From assembly GCF_009914755.1 (NCBI RefSeq), contig NC_060933.1: a stretch of DNA of 64,000 nt; one strand, given 5' to 3'. The notes beneath the pieces are model-generated. The model saw nothing but the letters and a program-made list of their open reading frames with translations, was not told the DNA's origin and made no database searches. Below, one piece after another: positions 1 through 13,578 of the stretch. Positions within the stretch are counted from its first letter, which is position 1. Each line of letters begins with the position of its first letter. A program made the translations under genes and the position numbers. Origin of the DNA: the human T2T-CHM13v2.0 reference genome, Homo sapiens.

Positions 1-110
1 GGTTTCCCACACAGCCGGCTCTGTGTGAATTAGTTTTTCTCTGTTGCAATTTTCCTGTCTTGATAAATCAGCTCTATGTGGGGGCAAGGTAAACCTGTTG
101 GGAGGTTACA
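1..110 (+). mobile_element. 3' end of ERV1 LTR (LTR8-like), truncated by window edge
   Basis: cacagccggctctgtgtgaatta...ttgataaatcagctct...gggcaaggtaaacctgttgggaggttaca resembles the recalled LTR8 3' terminus ending in TTACA. Confidence 0.7.
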
Positions 111-149
111 ATAACAGTAGTGCCCAAAGACCTAGAGGTAAATATCTCA

Positions 150-1263
150 CTGTATTGAAGGAAGGCCTTTTATATCTAGCTAAACTATTAGTCATGTTTA
201 AAGGCAAGATAAACTATTTTTTTTTTAGAATGCAAAGACTAAGTGAGCTTAACAATTTTAGTCTATTGCTGAAACAAGTAAAACACATTTCAAAAAAGAA
301 GAAATGTGAACCTCGAATGAAGATGTAAGATACAAGAAGCAATGGCAAAAGATTTTAAAAAGGCGAATGTCTGTGAGCACAGAAGTTAATAAAATATCAG
401 TAAATTTAATTAGCTTTTGAATGTAAAATTAATAATAATGTTTATGTGACAAATGTAAAACAAAGTCTAAACAATAAGTATAATAGTGGGGACTCATGTG
501 TAGTGGCAAATCATGTTTATTCACATAGCTGATAATTCCTAAAATATCAGAAGGGAACAGTAAACATAAAAAATATATCAGTCAACGAGGAATCAAAAGA
601 AGAAAGGAAAAAATGATGACAGAAATAAGCCTAACTATATCTGTAATCCCAACTAAAGTGAATAAAATTTTCCATTATAAGAATATTATCTGACTGAATT
701 TTAAAAATCCAGTTACAATGTTTCATAAAGAGATTCACTTAATACAAAAATCACATGAAAAGTCTGAAAAGAAAATGACATACTATGCGAATACTAAACC
801 AATGAAAATGAGGCAATAATCTAGGGAGAAAATAATTCATACCAGCAAAATGAAATCCAAGACAAAAACATTACTAGAGATAAAGAAATATATTATTTAA
901 TAACAACATTTTAAAAAACACTCACCAAAGTGAATATAAAATATAGATGCACTTAACAACATATCCTTAAAATAGAAAAGCAAAATTTGTATCATTTTCA
1001 AAATTGGGAAACACTATTGTAAGTGGGAAATTTTTAAATATCTTTATTGGAACCTGATAGAATACATAGACAAAAATAGTAAACAAATTTAACCAGCTTT
1101 ATTATATATGTGTGTACATATTCCCTTATATGCACACTATATTCAAAAATTGATCATATAATTTTTAGAAAATACAAAAAGTACACATATATTTACAACA
1201 TACATAGACATTTATAATATATGCAGTCATCAAGAATATAAAATATTTTAAAGACTTGATATT
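150..1263 (+). mobile_element. Old degenerate L1 (L1M-type), ORF1 end to ORF2 start region
   Basis: A-rich + strand; gaaataagcctaactatatctgtaatcccaactaaagtgaat and aagagattcacttaatacaaa resemble the L1 ORF2 endonuclease start. Confidence 0.55.
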
Positions 1264-1559
1264 GGCTGGGTGCGGTGGCTCAGGACTGTAATCCCAGTAC
1301 TTTGGGAGGCCGAGGCGGGTGAATCATGAGGTCAGGAGTTTGAGACCAGGCTGGCCAACATAGTGAAATACTAAAAATACAAAAATTAGCCAGTCATGGT
1401 GGCGCGCTCCTGTAGTCCCAGTTACTCGGGAGACTGAGGCAGCAGAATCACTTGAACCCAGGAGGTGGAGGTTGTGGTGAGCCGAGGTCCGAGCCACTGC
1501 ACTCCAGCCTGGGTGACAGAGCAAGACTCCATCTCAAAAAAAAAAAAAAAAAAAAAAAA
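1264..1559 (+). mobile_element. Alu (AluS, Sg-like)
   Basis: ggctgggtgcggtggctc start, dimer, poly(A) tail; imperfect TSD agacttgatatt/agatttgatatt; 9-nt deletion (ccccgtctc) before the linker. Confidence 0.95.
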
Positions 1560-1689
1560 GAGATTTGATATTAAATAGACTGCATTTTTTATTTACAGTG
1601 AAATTAATTTAGACATTGGCAATAAAACAGTATAAGTGTTTTGTTACTTTTCATCTGTTAACTATGCTAAAGAAAAATGTTTTGGGGGG

Positions 1690-1875
1690 CAGTGGTTTTC
1701 TCATGGACTGAACATTGGAATCACATGGGGAGGGAGGCTATAATAAATACTGATCCCTGGATTTCATCCGCAGGGATTCTAAGGAAATTGGTCTCTGGGA
1801 TATTTAACCTGGGGATTGAAATTTTTAAAAGTTCTCCAGGTGAGTCTAATATGCAGTTCAAGCTGCACTCCACTG
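1690..1875. mobile_element. MER5A-like hAT-Charlie DNA transposon fossil
   Basis: cagtggttttc...tttttaaaagttctccaggtgagtctaatatgcag...ccactg terminal inverted repeat remnants. Confidence 0.65.
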
Positions 1876-2419
1876 ATTGAGGGTCTAGCAATATTTCTAC
1901 CACGTAAGTGTTACAGCCTTTAAAGATGAAATCAGAAAGACAAATGCTTTTGCTTCTGTTCAAGAGTTATCAAGGAGATACAATCTTCATTGAAAACATA
2001 GAGGCTGGTGATGTAATCAGCACAGCAGCTGTCAAAGTGCCTTCAGTCACTGTGACCAAATTCCTCCATCTGTCCCTTATTTCCTTGGTGGATAATCAAA
2101 CACACATCTTAATTGACCCTTATACAGAAGGCATCTAACTGTGAGCCGCTGTGGTCTCCATTTGTGAAGGGGTCTGAGTCAATCATTTTGCTCATCCTCT
2201 CATGGGAAATGAAAATAGCAGACACACTGAAGCATATCTCTCTGGTCTAATCAGAAGGCCAGATGTGACCAGGCATAACGTTCCCCCTGAAGATGAGTGA
2301 AGTGAAGGGATATCCAAATGTTCTGGAGTTGGACAAATGCAAAGATTGTTGACTGAGATTTTCAGTAATAGAATTCTCTATGGTTTGATAAATTGCAAGT
2401 AATATAATATATGAATATG

Positions 2420-2600
2420 TGGGTTTTGAAATTAGACAGATTGGGAATGAGTCCCAGCTCAGTTAGTAATCAGCTATGTGACCATAGGCCTATCACTTTT
2501 TTTGTGACATTTAAATGAGATAATGTAGAAAAAGTGCTTACCTCGGTGCCTGACACATGGTAATTGTGTGGTACGTGGTATTCATTATTATTGTTACTGT
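2420..2600 (+). mobile_element. MIR SINE
   Basis: gagtcccagctc...agctatgtgacc...ttaaatgagataatgtagaaaaagtgcttacc.cggtgcctgacacatggtaa. Confidence 0.7.
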
Positions 2601-3269
2601 TATTTTTCAGTACTATTCCAAAAATACATTCCGTTTGGGTCATCTTGGCTTTCAGTTTTTGAAAGTTAACACATTCTTTCTTTCATAAGAGGGGGTATAG
2701 GATGGGCCAGGAACCATGAGACGTATCTTAGAAAGGACAAATATAAAAATTTAAGTCCAGAGAGGGAGAGAGACTTTTAATACTGAAATGCCTCAGCAAA
2801 ATCTATTTCCAGGTTTCTATGGGCCATGATCTTCCTTAAAAAATAGTCACTTCAACTGTACAAGATACTCTAAAGCATCAGGGTGGCAATTGGTAGATGA
2901 TACCTTATTCATACGTTACCTTAACCAAAGGACTAGAAAAGCATTTAAACTTATAGCAGTTCAGAGCATTGAAGCAAAAAGCTACAATGCCATTTGTTCC
3001 CTGAAATTTATGTTCCCTTCCCCCACCAAGATGTGGACAGACACCTACACATTCTCTTACTCCATCCTCTGACATTACAACCTAGATACTGAGACATCAT
3101 AATTTGCAGGTTTAATATGGGGTTAATATGTGATACTCTTCTTATAATCTATCCATTTCTAAGACTCCATTCTAAGTCTTCTTTCCTACTTTTGTTCAAA
3201 GCATCGTCTTTCCTCATTCATAAATGCACAAGATAAATTGTTTTCCTCTGCTCCCCATGAAGGCTTATC

Positions 3270-3690
3270 ATTCATTGAATAACATCTCTTAATTGCACAA
3301 TAAGTATTTGTTGAGTAGCTACTATGTACACCATGCTATAAGTTAGGGGTATGGAAAGCAAAATAGAGTCTCTTATCCCAAGAAGGCAGAATTTAGATTG
3401 ACAAGTGGAAGAATGTTGGAAACAGGTGATGATGGGAATGCAGAGGACAGGAACCTAACCCAAACTAGAGGCAGGGAAAGCTTCCAGAGATTAGGTAAAG
3501 TTGGCTTTGAGCTGAGAGATGGGGAAGAATTAACTAAGTGAAGAGAAGGAGGGTGTCCCAAACAGAAGAAATAGGTTTTCAGAGGCCCAGGGAAGAGGGC
3601 AATGAAGCTGATTTTTCAGCAGGGGGCCTGCTATGAAGTTCATTTGAAGCAAAGTTAAGGTATTTAGGCATATCTCTGAAAACAATGAAA
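3270..3690 (-). mobile_element. L2 LINE 3' fragment
   Basis: aagtatttgttgagtagctactatgtac... and ggaaagcttccagag...gctttgagctgaga, the antisense L2 3' pattern. Confidence 0.55.
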
Positions 3691-3701
3691 CTCCATTATA
3701 G

Positions 3702-4001
3702 CTATGCTGTCCAGAATGGTGGCCACTAGAGTCACGTAACTATTGAGCACTTGAACATTGTCTAATTGAAATGTACTGACACTGTAAAATACACATTGGA
3801 TTTCAGAGACTTAGTACTAAAAAATATTTCAGTAGTAATTTTATTGATTACATGTAAATGATATTTTAATGTATTGTGTTAAAACTATTATTAAAATTAA
3901 TCTACCTGTTTTTCTTTACTATTTAAAAGAAACTAGCTACTAGAAGAATTAAAATTGCATATGTGGCTTGCATTGGTGGTTTATGTTCTATTTCTTTAGA
4001 C
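3702..4001. mobile_element. MER33 hAT-Charlie element
   Basis: tgctgtcc...ggccactag...tattgagcacttgaa...tgtaaaatacacattggatttcagagacttagtac...ctactagaagaattaaaattgcatatgtggctt. Confidence 0.75.
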
Positions 4002-4089
4002 TTCATTGGAGGCTTTTGAAAAAGAATATATGACCAGATTTAACAATATTATTCAGAGATGGATTTTCGTTAATATAATAAATAGACTC

Positions 4090-4585
4090 TTTAATAGAAA
4101 CATTAAACACTAAAAGCACTTCCATTAAAGTTGGAAACAAAAAAATCCACCATCAACAAACCCAAAACCAAAATTCTTTCAATTATTATTTAATATTTGT
4201 AACAGAAGGTGCTAGACAATGTCATGGGACAAGACAAAGAATCTAAGCTATAAACATTGGAAAAGAATATAATAGAGATAAGATGATCTCTATTACAGAT
4301 AATATAATTATACACTTGGAAAACCTAAGAGAATAATGTGAAAACTATCTCAACTAATTAGAGAATTCAATAAAGTTGATGAGCACAATTTTAATATACT
4401 GAAATCAATAACTTTCATAAAAACAAATAAACATTTAGAAAATGCAATGAAAGAAAAGACTTTATTTACAATAACAACAAATAAAAATGCCAAAGATCTG
4501 TATGAAGGGAAACTAAAATACTCCAAACGGCCTGAACAGCTGGAAAGACAGATCATGTTATTGAATAGGAAAACTCAATATTTTT
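4090..4585 (+). mobile_element. Old L1 ORF2 fragment (L1ME-like)
   Basis: tctctattacagataatataattatacacttggaaaacctaagaga...agagaattcaataaagttg, degenerate RT-region signature. Confidence 0.6.
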
Positions 4586-5026
4586 AATTAAACTTTTTAT
4601 TTTGAGATAACTGTAGATTCACATACGGTTGTAAAAAATAATACACAGTGATCCCAGGTATCCTTTACCCACTTTCCCTCAATAGTAATGTATTGCAAAA
4701 CTATAGTACAATATCACAAACAAGAAATTGACATTGCTACACTCAAGACACAGGACATTTCCATAACCACAAAAGTCTCTCTCATGTTGTTCTTTTACAG
4801 TCATATCTACTTCCATTCCACTTTCCTGTATCTTTAACCCTTTGGCAATCACTAATATGTTCTTCATTTCTATAATTTTGTCATTTTGAGAAATTTACAA
4901 AAATAAAAATATATAGTATGTAACCTTTTGGCGTGGGAATTTCACTCAGCATAAGTATCCAAAGATTCATCCAGAAATGTGTACATCAATAATTTATTCT
5001 TTTATACTGCTAAGTTGTGTTTCATA

Positions 5027-7694
5027 AACTATGGTCTGAATATTGGTGTCCCCCCTCCAAATTCATATATTTGAACCTAAAACCCAATGTGATAATATTA
5101 AGAGGCAGGGCCTTTGGGACCTGATTAAGTCATGAGGGCTTCACTCCCACAAATGAGATTAGTGGCCTTTTATTAGAGGCTCAAGAGAGCTCTCTTGCCC
5201 TTTACACCATGTGAAGAGACAGAAGGTGCCATCTGTGAGGAACAGACCCTCATCAGACAGTGGATCTGCTAGTACCTTGATTTTAGACTTGGCAGCCTCT
5301 AGAACTGTGAGAAATAAATTTTTATTGCTTAGAAATTACCTAAACTAAGGTATTTTGTTACAGCAGCTCTAATGAGCTAAGACAGAGGTTAGGACTGAAA
5401 AGTGGGGTGCTGCTATGATAAATACCTAAAAGCGGCTTTGAAACATGGTGATGGATAATGGCCAGGAGAGTTTTAGTGTACATTGCATGAAAGAAGCCTT
5501 AAGGTTGATTCTGGTGAGAATCCAGAAAGAGAGAGCTGCAGAGAAAGTTTCATTCTTCATAGACATTGTTTAAGAGGTTGTGATCAGAATGTTGGTAGAA
5601 ATATAGATGGTAAAGTACATTCTGACGAGATGTCAGAAGAAAGTGAGGAATGTGTAATTGGAAACTGGAAGAAATGTGATCCTTGTTATAAAGTGAGAAA
5701 GAAGTTGGTAGAATTTTGCTAATGTCTAGTACTTTGTAGAACGTAGAAATTGTGAGCAATGAAATAGCATATTTGGTGTAAGAAATTTTTAAGCAAAGTG
5801 TTGAGAATATGGCATAGCTTCTCTTGACTGCTTATAGTAAAATGTGAGAAGAGAGAAATAAAGATGCGATTTATCATCAAAAAGGGAAGCATAACTTAAA
5901 GATGTGAAAAATTTTCAGCCGGGCCATGTGGTAAAGAATGAAAAGCATGTTCAGGTGAGAATACCAAGGATGTGGCCAGGAGATCATTTGAGAAGATTAG
6001 TGTGGATAGATGGAGGCCTAGTGCTATTCGTCAAGACAATGGAAGCATTAACCTTGTAGGCATTTTGAAGATCTCTAGGGGTACTTTGTACACAAGTTCA
6101 GAATGCCAAAGCCTTATAAACAGAACAATTTGAAGGCTCTGCTTCTTGCATTCCAGTGCAGCATTCCTTGGCCATCCTAGCTGTGGCTCAAGCAGGCCCA
6201 AATGTCGCTTGGAACACCCCTCCAGAAAGCACAGGCTGTAAACATTGGTGGTGCCAGTGTGGTGCTGTCTCCACCAGGGTACAGAGTGTATGCATTATGA
6301 GGGCATAGCTACCTCCACCTGGATTTCAAAGGATGCCCCAGAAAGACTTGAGGCCCAGGCTGAGAGCTGTCATAGGGATGGGTCACTAAAGAAAGCCCCA
6401 GCTAAGGCAATGTCCAGTGAAGCTGTGGAGATGGGGCCGTGCCAGAGACCCCAGACTGGCAGAGCCACTGGCATGCAACTCCAGCCTTGGAGAGCCACAG
6501 GCACAAGACTTAACTATGGGATCTGCAGTGTGAGCTATGCTGAACAAAGTCATGGAGACAGGGCTCCCTGGAGCCTTGAGGGCCCAACCCCCAACACAGT
6601 GTGTTTAGAAGGCAAGACTTTGGGTCAAAGAAGATTATTCTGGAGTCTTAAGATTCAACATTTTTTCTGTTGGGTTTTGGCCTTGGTTGAGACCTATTAC
6701 CCCTTTCTTCTCTATTATGTCTCCTTTTTGGAATGAGAATGTCTATACGCGATTTGTCACACCATTGTAGTTTGTAAACACACACCATATTTGATTTCAC
6801 AGGTTCACAGATGGAGAGCAATTTGCTTCAGAATAAATTGTACCTTGAGACACACTCATAACTTATTTAGATGATATTTAGATGAGACTGTGGATTTTGA
6901 AATTTTGAGTTGTTGCTGGAACAATACTTGTTGAAGCTATTAGGATGGAGTGAATACAATTTGCATGAAAGGAGGACATAAATTTCAGGGGCATGCATGG
7001 ACTGCCATGGTCTGAATGTTGGTGTCTTTCCAGATTTGTGTGTTTGAACCTAATACCCAATGTAATAGCATTAAGAGTTGCAGCTTTGGAGACATGATTA
7101 AGTCATGAGGACTCTACCGTCTTGAATGGAATTAGTGCCCTTGTAAAAGAGACTCAAGGGAGTTCCCTTGCCTCTTTTGCCAGGTGAGGATACATAGGAG
7201 GTACTGTCTATGAAGAACAGGCCCTCACCAGATATCAAATCTATGGGCACGTTGATCTTGGATTTCCCAACTCTAGAACTGTGAGCAATACATTTCGATT
7301 GTTTACAAATTACCCAGTCTAAAGTACAGTCAAGCACCAAATACATTTTTATCAATAACAGACTGCATATATGATGGTGGTTCCCTAAGTTTGTATCATA
7401 TTTTTACTGTATCTTTTTTATATTTAGATATGTTTAGATACACAAAGGCTTACTATTGTGCTACAATTGTCTACAGTATTCAACACAGTAGTATACTGTA
7501 CAAGTGCGTATCCTAGGAGCAATAGGCTATACCATATACCCTAGGTGTGTAGTAGCTATACCATCTAGGTTTGTGTAAATACACTGTATATTTGCACAAC
7601 TAAATCACCTAACCATGGATTTCTCAGAACAGATCTCCACCATTAAGTGATGCATAACTGTGTTTTGTTACAGCAACCCAAATGGACTAAGACT
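5027..7694 (+). mobile_element. Full-length MaLR LTR retrotransposon (MLT1A/MSTD-like): LTR 5027-5384, internal 5385-7002, LTR 7003-7694
   Basis: Two similar LTRs (atggtctgaat.ttggtgtc...tgattaagtcatgagg...ctctagaactgtgag...ctaagac); about 1.6-kb internal region; 5-bp TSD tcata at 5022-5026 and 7695-7699. Confidence 0.85.
7327..7660 (+). mobile_element. Tigger3a (MER7A) inserted in the MaLR 3' LTR
   Basis: cagtca...cctaggagcaataggctataccatat...ccatctaggtttgtgtaa...taagtgatgcataactg; TA at left, TG (mutated TA) at right; LTR resumes after it. Confidence 0.85.
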
Positions 7695-9789
7695 TCATAG
7701 TACAGCTGTGCCATAGTTTGTTTAACCATTCACTCATGATAGACATCTGGTTTGTTTCCAGTTTTAGGCTATTATGAATAAAGCTGCTACAAACTTTTGT
7801 TTATCGGTTTTTGTGTGATTGTAATTCTTATTTACCTAGGATAAATGTCCAGGAGTACAATTGTTGAGTCTTTTAATTGTTTCATGTGTAGGTTTTTAAA
7901 ACACTGTAGAAATACTTTCCAGAGTGATTGTCCCATTTTACGTTCCCACAAGCAAAGTGTGAAATGACCCAATTTCTTCACATCCTCATCAACATTTGTG
8001 ATTGTTGCTACTTTTTATTTTATCTATTCTGGTAGGAGTGTCGAGATATTATATTGTGGTTTTAATTTTGAAGTTCCCTAATGCCTAATGGTGCACATTT
8101 TTTCATGTGTTTATTGTTCATCTGCATATTCTCTTTGGTGAAATATCTGTCTAAATCGTTTACCTATTTTCTAATTAGATGTGTTTTTTCTGTTCAGCTG
8201 TGAGAGCTCTTTATATATTCCAGAAACTAGTTTTTTTGTTGAATATGTGATTTGCAAATATTTTCACTGAGTTTTTAGGTTGTCTTTTTGCCCTTTAATA
8301 GGGTCTTTTGCAGAAAAAGTTTTAAATTTTGATGAAGTCCAATTTATCAAGTTTTCCTTTTATGGATCATACTGTTGGTATTAAGATTAAAAATCTCTTC
8401 ATTTAGCTCTAGGTGTTCCATGAATTTTAAAGATCTTTTATCAGGTGTCTTTACAGTTGTATAAGAACTCTGCTTAACCTCAGATCAAAAAGATATTCTG
8501 TTTTTTAAAAAAGATTTATAGTTTTACAATTTACATTTAAATCCCGTGGTCCATTTTGAGCTTTTTTAAAGGTGTGTGTGGTTCTTCTTCCCCTTCCTCC
8601 TCTTTTCTTCTTCTTCATCTACATCTTCTTCATCTTCTTTCTCTTCATCTTTGTTTTGTCTTTTTTTTTTTTTGCCCATGGATGTCCAATTGCTCTAGTA
8701 TTATTTATTGAAAAGTCTATCCTTTCTCCAATGTATTGCTTTTGCACCTTTGTAAAAAATCAACTATCCATATTTTTGTGGGTTTATTTCTCAGTTCTTT
8801 ATTCTGTTCCATTGATCTATGCATCAAACTCTTCACTACCATTATGCATTTGTAATTACTGTGTGTATATAATAAATCTTGAAATCAAGTAGACTGATTT
8901 ATTTTACTTTATGCTTCATTTTTCAATTTTTTGTTATTCTAGTTCTTTTGCTCTTTCATATAAATTTTGAAATAATCTTGCCAATATCTACAAAGAATCA
9001 GTCTGAGATTTTGATAAAAATTGTATTACACCTGTATATCAAACTGGGGAGAACTGTTATCCTTAATATGTTGAGTCTCCCAATTTATGAACATGGTAAC
9101 TTATTTAGATCTTCTTTGATTTCCTTTATTAGTATTTTATGGCTTTCAGTATGTAAGTTCTGTACTATTTTTGTTAAATTTACACCAAAGTGTATTATTT
9201 GATGAGTAATTTTGAATGGCACTGTATTTTAAATTTTGATCTCCATGTATTCATTTATAATATAAGAAAACACAATTGAATTTTCTATGTTTGTCTTTTG
9301 TCCGGTAAATGTGCTGAACATTTATTTATTAGTTCTATAAATTTGTTGTTGTTGTTGTAGACTCCTTGGATTTTCTATGTCCATAAATATGTCATATGTA
9401 AATCCAGAAAATTTTACTGTCCTTTTTGGGTAGGTTTGTTGGTGACAGATTCTATTTTCCTTTATTTGAAAATAGCTTGATTTTACCTCAATTTTTAAAG
9501 GATATTTTTCTGGATATAGAACACCGGTTGGCAATTTTTTCTTTCAGAATTTCAAAAATATTGTGGCACTTATTCCCGGCCTTCATAGTCTGTGATGAGA
9601 AATCTGCTGCAATTCAAGTTATTTCTCCTCTACAGGTAAGGTGATGTTACTTTTATTGTTATGAGAAAGTTTTACAATACAATTCCCACCCCCCCGCCCC
9701 CACCCAGAAGTTTTACTATATACTTCTTTGGGTGGATTTCTTGGCTTTTATCCTGTTTGGAATCTGCTCAGCTTTTTGGATCTGTTGAA

Positions 9790-10310
9790 AGTCTACTTAA
9801 AACTATACTGAGACAATAGTTCCACTTTTCAGATTATCTAAGATCCAGAAGTCTGACTATATACTTTATTGATGAGGATGTATGGAAAGAGGCAATCTTG
9901 CACATTGCTGGTAGGATTCTAATTTGGTAAAAACTCTCTAGGGGACAATTTGAAAGTATACATTTAAATTATAAATGCACGTACACATTAGCAACAATTC
10001 CACATTTAGTAATTTATTGTATAAAGGTTAAAAAAATTGTGTTGCAGCACTGATTGTAAAAGCAGAGGATTACCAGCCGCCCCTGTTTACTAATAAGTGA
10101 CTTGCTAAATACATAGATGTCTTGCATATAATGGAATATTAAGTAAGTAGCCATAAAAAGGAATAGAAAATCTTTTCACATACAGGTATGAAATTATCTG
10201 TAAGTTATAGTGGTAGACAAAAGTAAGGAATAGTGTGAATAGTGTTCCATTATTTGTGAAAAAGATGAACAGAAATACCTACATGTATTTGCTTATATAT
10301 GAATAAAATT
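9790..10310 (+). mobile_element. L1ME-type 3' fragment
   Basis: cacattgctggtagga...gacaatttgaaagtat...agcaacaattccacatttagtaattta...tgttgcagcactgattgtaaaagc. Confidence 0.6.
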
Positions 10311-10699
10311 CTGCTGCAGGGCATATACAGGAGATGAGAACATTGATCCCCTTTGATATAGAGAGCTGGGTTTCTGAGGAATGGGGTATTTGTATTTTGA
10401 ACCATGTGCATGTGCGCGTGGTTTATGTACTCAAGAAACACACTTAAGAGTCTTCATGCAAATGTTGCCATATGTTAGTATGCCTCAATAAAAACTTTTC
10501 ATCCAGAGGAAAGGGAGTCTGACAAGAATATTAGAAGGAGAGAGAAGAATATGGGCAAAGCTAGGGAGTAAGATAATTTTGCTAGCAAGAGTAATTGAAA
10601 AGTGAGAAGTCTAGCAATATGGTGAATTGTTCAAATATGCATGCTGTTGTTTTAGGCAAACAAAAAACATATACTAATTTGATTATTCCCTAGCTAGAA

Positions 10700-10870
10700 G
10701 AACATGGGCTGGTTTCTTCACTTGTCTGAGCTTTAGTTTTCACATGTGTAAAATGGTAATAATAAAACTGATACCATGCTGTGAGGAATGACTGAATAGG
10801 TTGGTGTATGCACAACATATATACAGTGTGTGGCACAGGAGGGGTATTCATTAAGGTATGGTTTTTATTA
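10700..10870 (+). mobile_element. MIR SINE
   Basis: tcacttgtctgagctttagttttcacatgtgtaaaatggtaataataa core. Confidence 0.6.
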
Positions 10871-11087
10871 GCTTTCTTTCTTTCCTGTATTTATAAAAAT
10901 ACATACATTAAAATAAAACCTTACTTTATGAAAAGTAGGCTTATATTATAGAACCATAAAAATTGTTGCAAATGATGGTCTCAATTTAAAATAGTATGCA
11001 AATGTTGGTCTTAATTTAAAATATTATGAAAACCTTTTATGTCAGAGCATACAACATTATCTCAGTTTTTAATTTGTATTTTGCTTT

Positions 11088-11332
11088 TACTTTTTTAACT
11101 TTTATTTAAGGTTTAGGCATACATGTGCAGGTTTATTACATAGGTAAATTGCATGTCACAGGGGTTTGGTGTGCAGAGTATTTCATCACCTGAATAGTAA
11201 GTCTAGTACTCAATAGGTAGTTTTTTGATCCTCTCCCAGCTCCCATTCTCTGCCCTCAACTAGGTCCCAGTGTTTGTTTTCCCCTTCTTTATGTCCATGT
11301 GTACTCAATGTTTAGCTCCCATTTATAAGTGT
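11088..11332 (-). mobile_element. L1PA13-16-type 3' end (5'-truncated)
   Basis: aacttttatttaaggtttagg..tacatgtgcaggtttattacataggtaaattgcatgtc...ctcaatgtttagctcccatttataagtg. Confidence 0.85.
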
Positions 11333-12419
11333 ATTTAGTTTTTTAAATGAGTGAGTACATATCCTTTGTGTACAAGTACTGTGATTTATGTCATTATTCT
11401 CCCAGAAGGGACATTTAGATTGTTTCTAATAATAATAAAGTTGAGTGAATATCTTTGACTTACATTTCTTTGTGCTTATCCTACAGGATATTTTCATACA
11501 TTATATTACTATTATTTCTATATAAGTGGTCAGGAAGTTTGGTTAATGAATGGATTTCCTCTTATATGTCAACAAAGCTTCTCACAACTTACTGCCTTTC
11601 ATTTCAAGGTGAACCTAATTGGAGGTATTCCTCTGTGGGACGAGAGCTCCAAAATCACCAGTGCAACCCCAGTGGAGGGTCCTGGTCCCTGCTATTTCTC
11701 TAATCACTCACTCTAGCTTGATGAATGTTGAAGGGAGATAGATGCCTGCTGGCTGAATAATTTCTACAGAGCTATAATGGTAGGTTATTTTTAAGTGAGC
11801 AAAACTTGAGCAGCATATTTTGATAACGAGGAGGCGAGTAGAGTAACGAGCAGAGTTCAGGGTATGAAATTATGATAAAGATAATTGCTTTAGAGAAGAA
11901 TGACTGGGAGAGTAAGTAACAAGCAATGTTGGACATGGAATGACCCCAGGTACAGTAGAAAGAGCATGGGAACACAGCGTTCAGAAAGACTTTCAGAGGT
12001 CATCCATCCTTTCCCTCCCTCTCGGTAGAATTACAGACTGTTAGAGTGAAAAGGAGTCTGGATATCTCCAGGTCCGTGTCCATCTGTAGGAGTTTATGTG
12101 ATCCACGGATATAATCTCAGGAGGTCAAAGAGTGTGGGAATCTTTTATTTGGAAGAGTTTTAAACACACAAAAAAACCCAAACAGACAAAAACATAACAG
12201 AATAATATGGCAAACAACCATCTACTCAGCTGCTTAGAATTAACAAATTTTTAAATTTTATTACTTTTCCTTACACACAAGAAATAAAACACTCAAGATA
12301 AAATTGAAGACTTTGTACTTCTCAGATCTCCTCATTCTTTTAGTCCACTAGAATGTTATATATGTGAGTGTGTGTGGGTGTATGTGTATTTGTATGTAGT
12401 TAGTTGGTTAGTTCTTTAG

Positions 12420-12800
12420 ATAGTCTCCAAAAATGGCTGCCATCAATTCTTTCCGTTTTTGCATACTCACGACACCAGTTATTTCAAGAGGTGGAGATTA
12501 TATCTCCTCCCCTTGAATCTGGGCTTCTGACATCCACTGACCAATAGAATACAAAATAAGTGACCCCAGGCCTTAAGAAGTCTGGAAGCATCTGATTTCT
12601 CCCTCTAGAAAGCCAGCTGTCATGTAAGAAGGCCAGCTACCCTAAGATCACTATTTAGAGAGGAAGCCCACGCTAGCCACGTGAAATGGCCATCTGGAAG
12701 AACTCTGAGGCTCCAGATATGTAAACAAAGTTTTCTTGAAACTTCCAGCCCAGACCATCTGCCAGCTGAATTCAGCTGAATGAGAGACCTCATTCAATTC
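12420..12800 (+). mobile_element. MLT1G/H-like MaLR LTR fragment
   Basis: aaaatggctgccatcaattctt...aagaggtggag...tccccttgaatctgggct...gaccaatagaat...gccagctgaattcagc. Confidence 0.6.
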
Positions 12801-13155
12801 TATGATATATGCATAAATATTTATACCTATAAAAATATTAATAGTGTCTAAGCCAAAAGCTGCTTCCACTAATGGTCAAATGAACCTCTATGAGACTGGC
12901 CCTCCCATGAATAACAACAATAAACAATGGACAGAATATTTTTTAAAAACCCAACAAACAACTATCTGAAGGCGATGGAGAGTAACCCAATATAGGCGTA
13001 TTCTGGAGGAGGCATCAACACATGGAAAAAACTGAAGTTGTCTTTTTCATTGCTTATCTTAGCATAAGGGCAAGCCCTAGTCTGCACTATGCAAGGGAGC
13101 TAAAACTACTGGAATGTCTACAGCCTGGCTGGTTTTAAAAACAGAGGTCAGAATT

Positions 13156-13578
<423 letters not shown>

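Larger units (their letters stand above)
4590..9420 (-). mobile_element. L1MC-type LINE 3' portion, interrupted at 5027-7694 by a MaLR element
   Basis: tttattttgagataactgtagattcacat... antisense 3' end; sequence reads continuously across the MaLR (tgtgtttcata|gtacagctgtgccatagtttgtttaaccattcac); T-rich antisense ORF2 to about 9400. Confidence 0.75.

Noticed and set aside
6245-6736. 163-aa ORF
   Set aside because: Lies in the MaLR internal region, starts at a non-ATG codon, and shows no sign of domestication.
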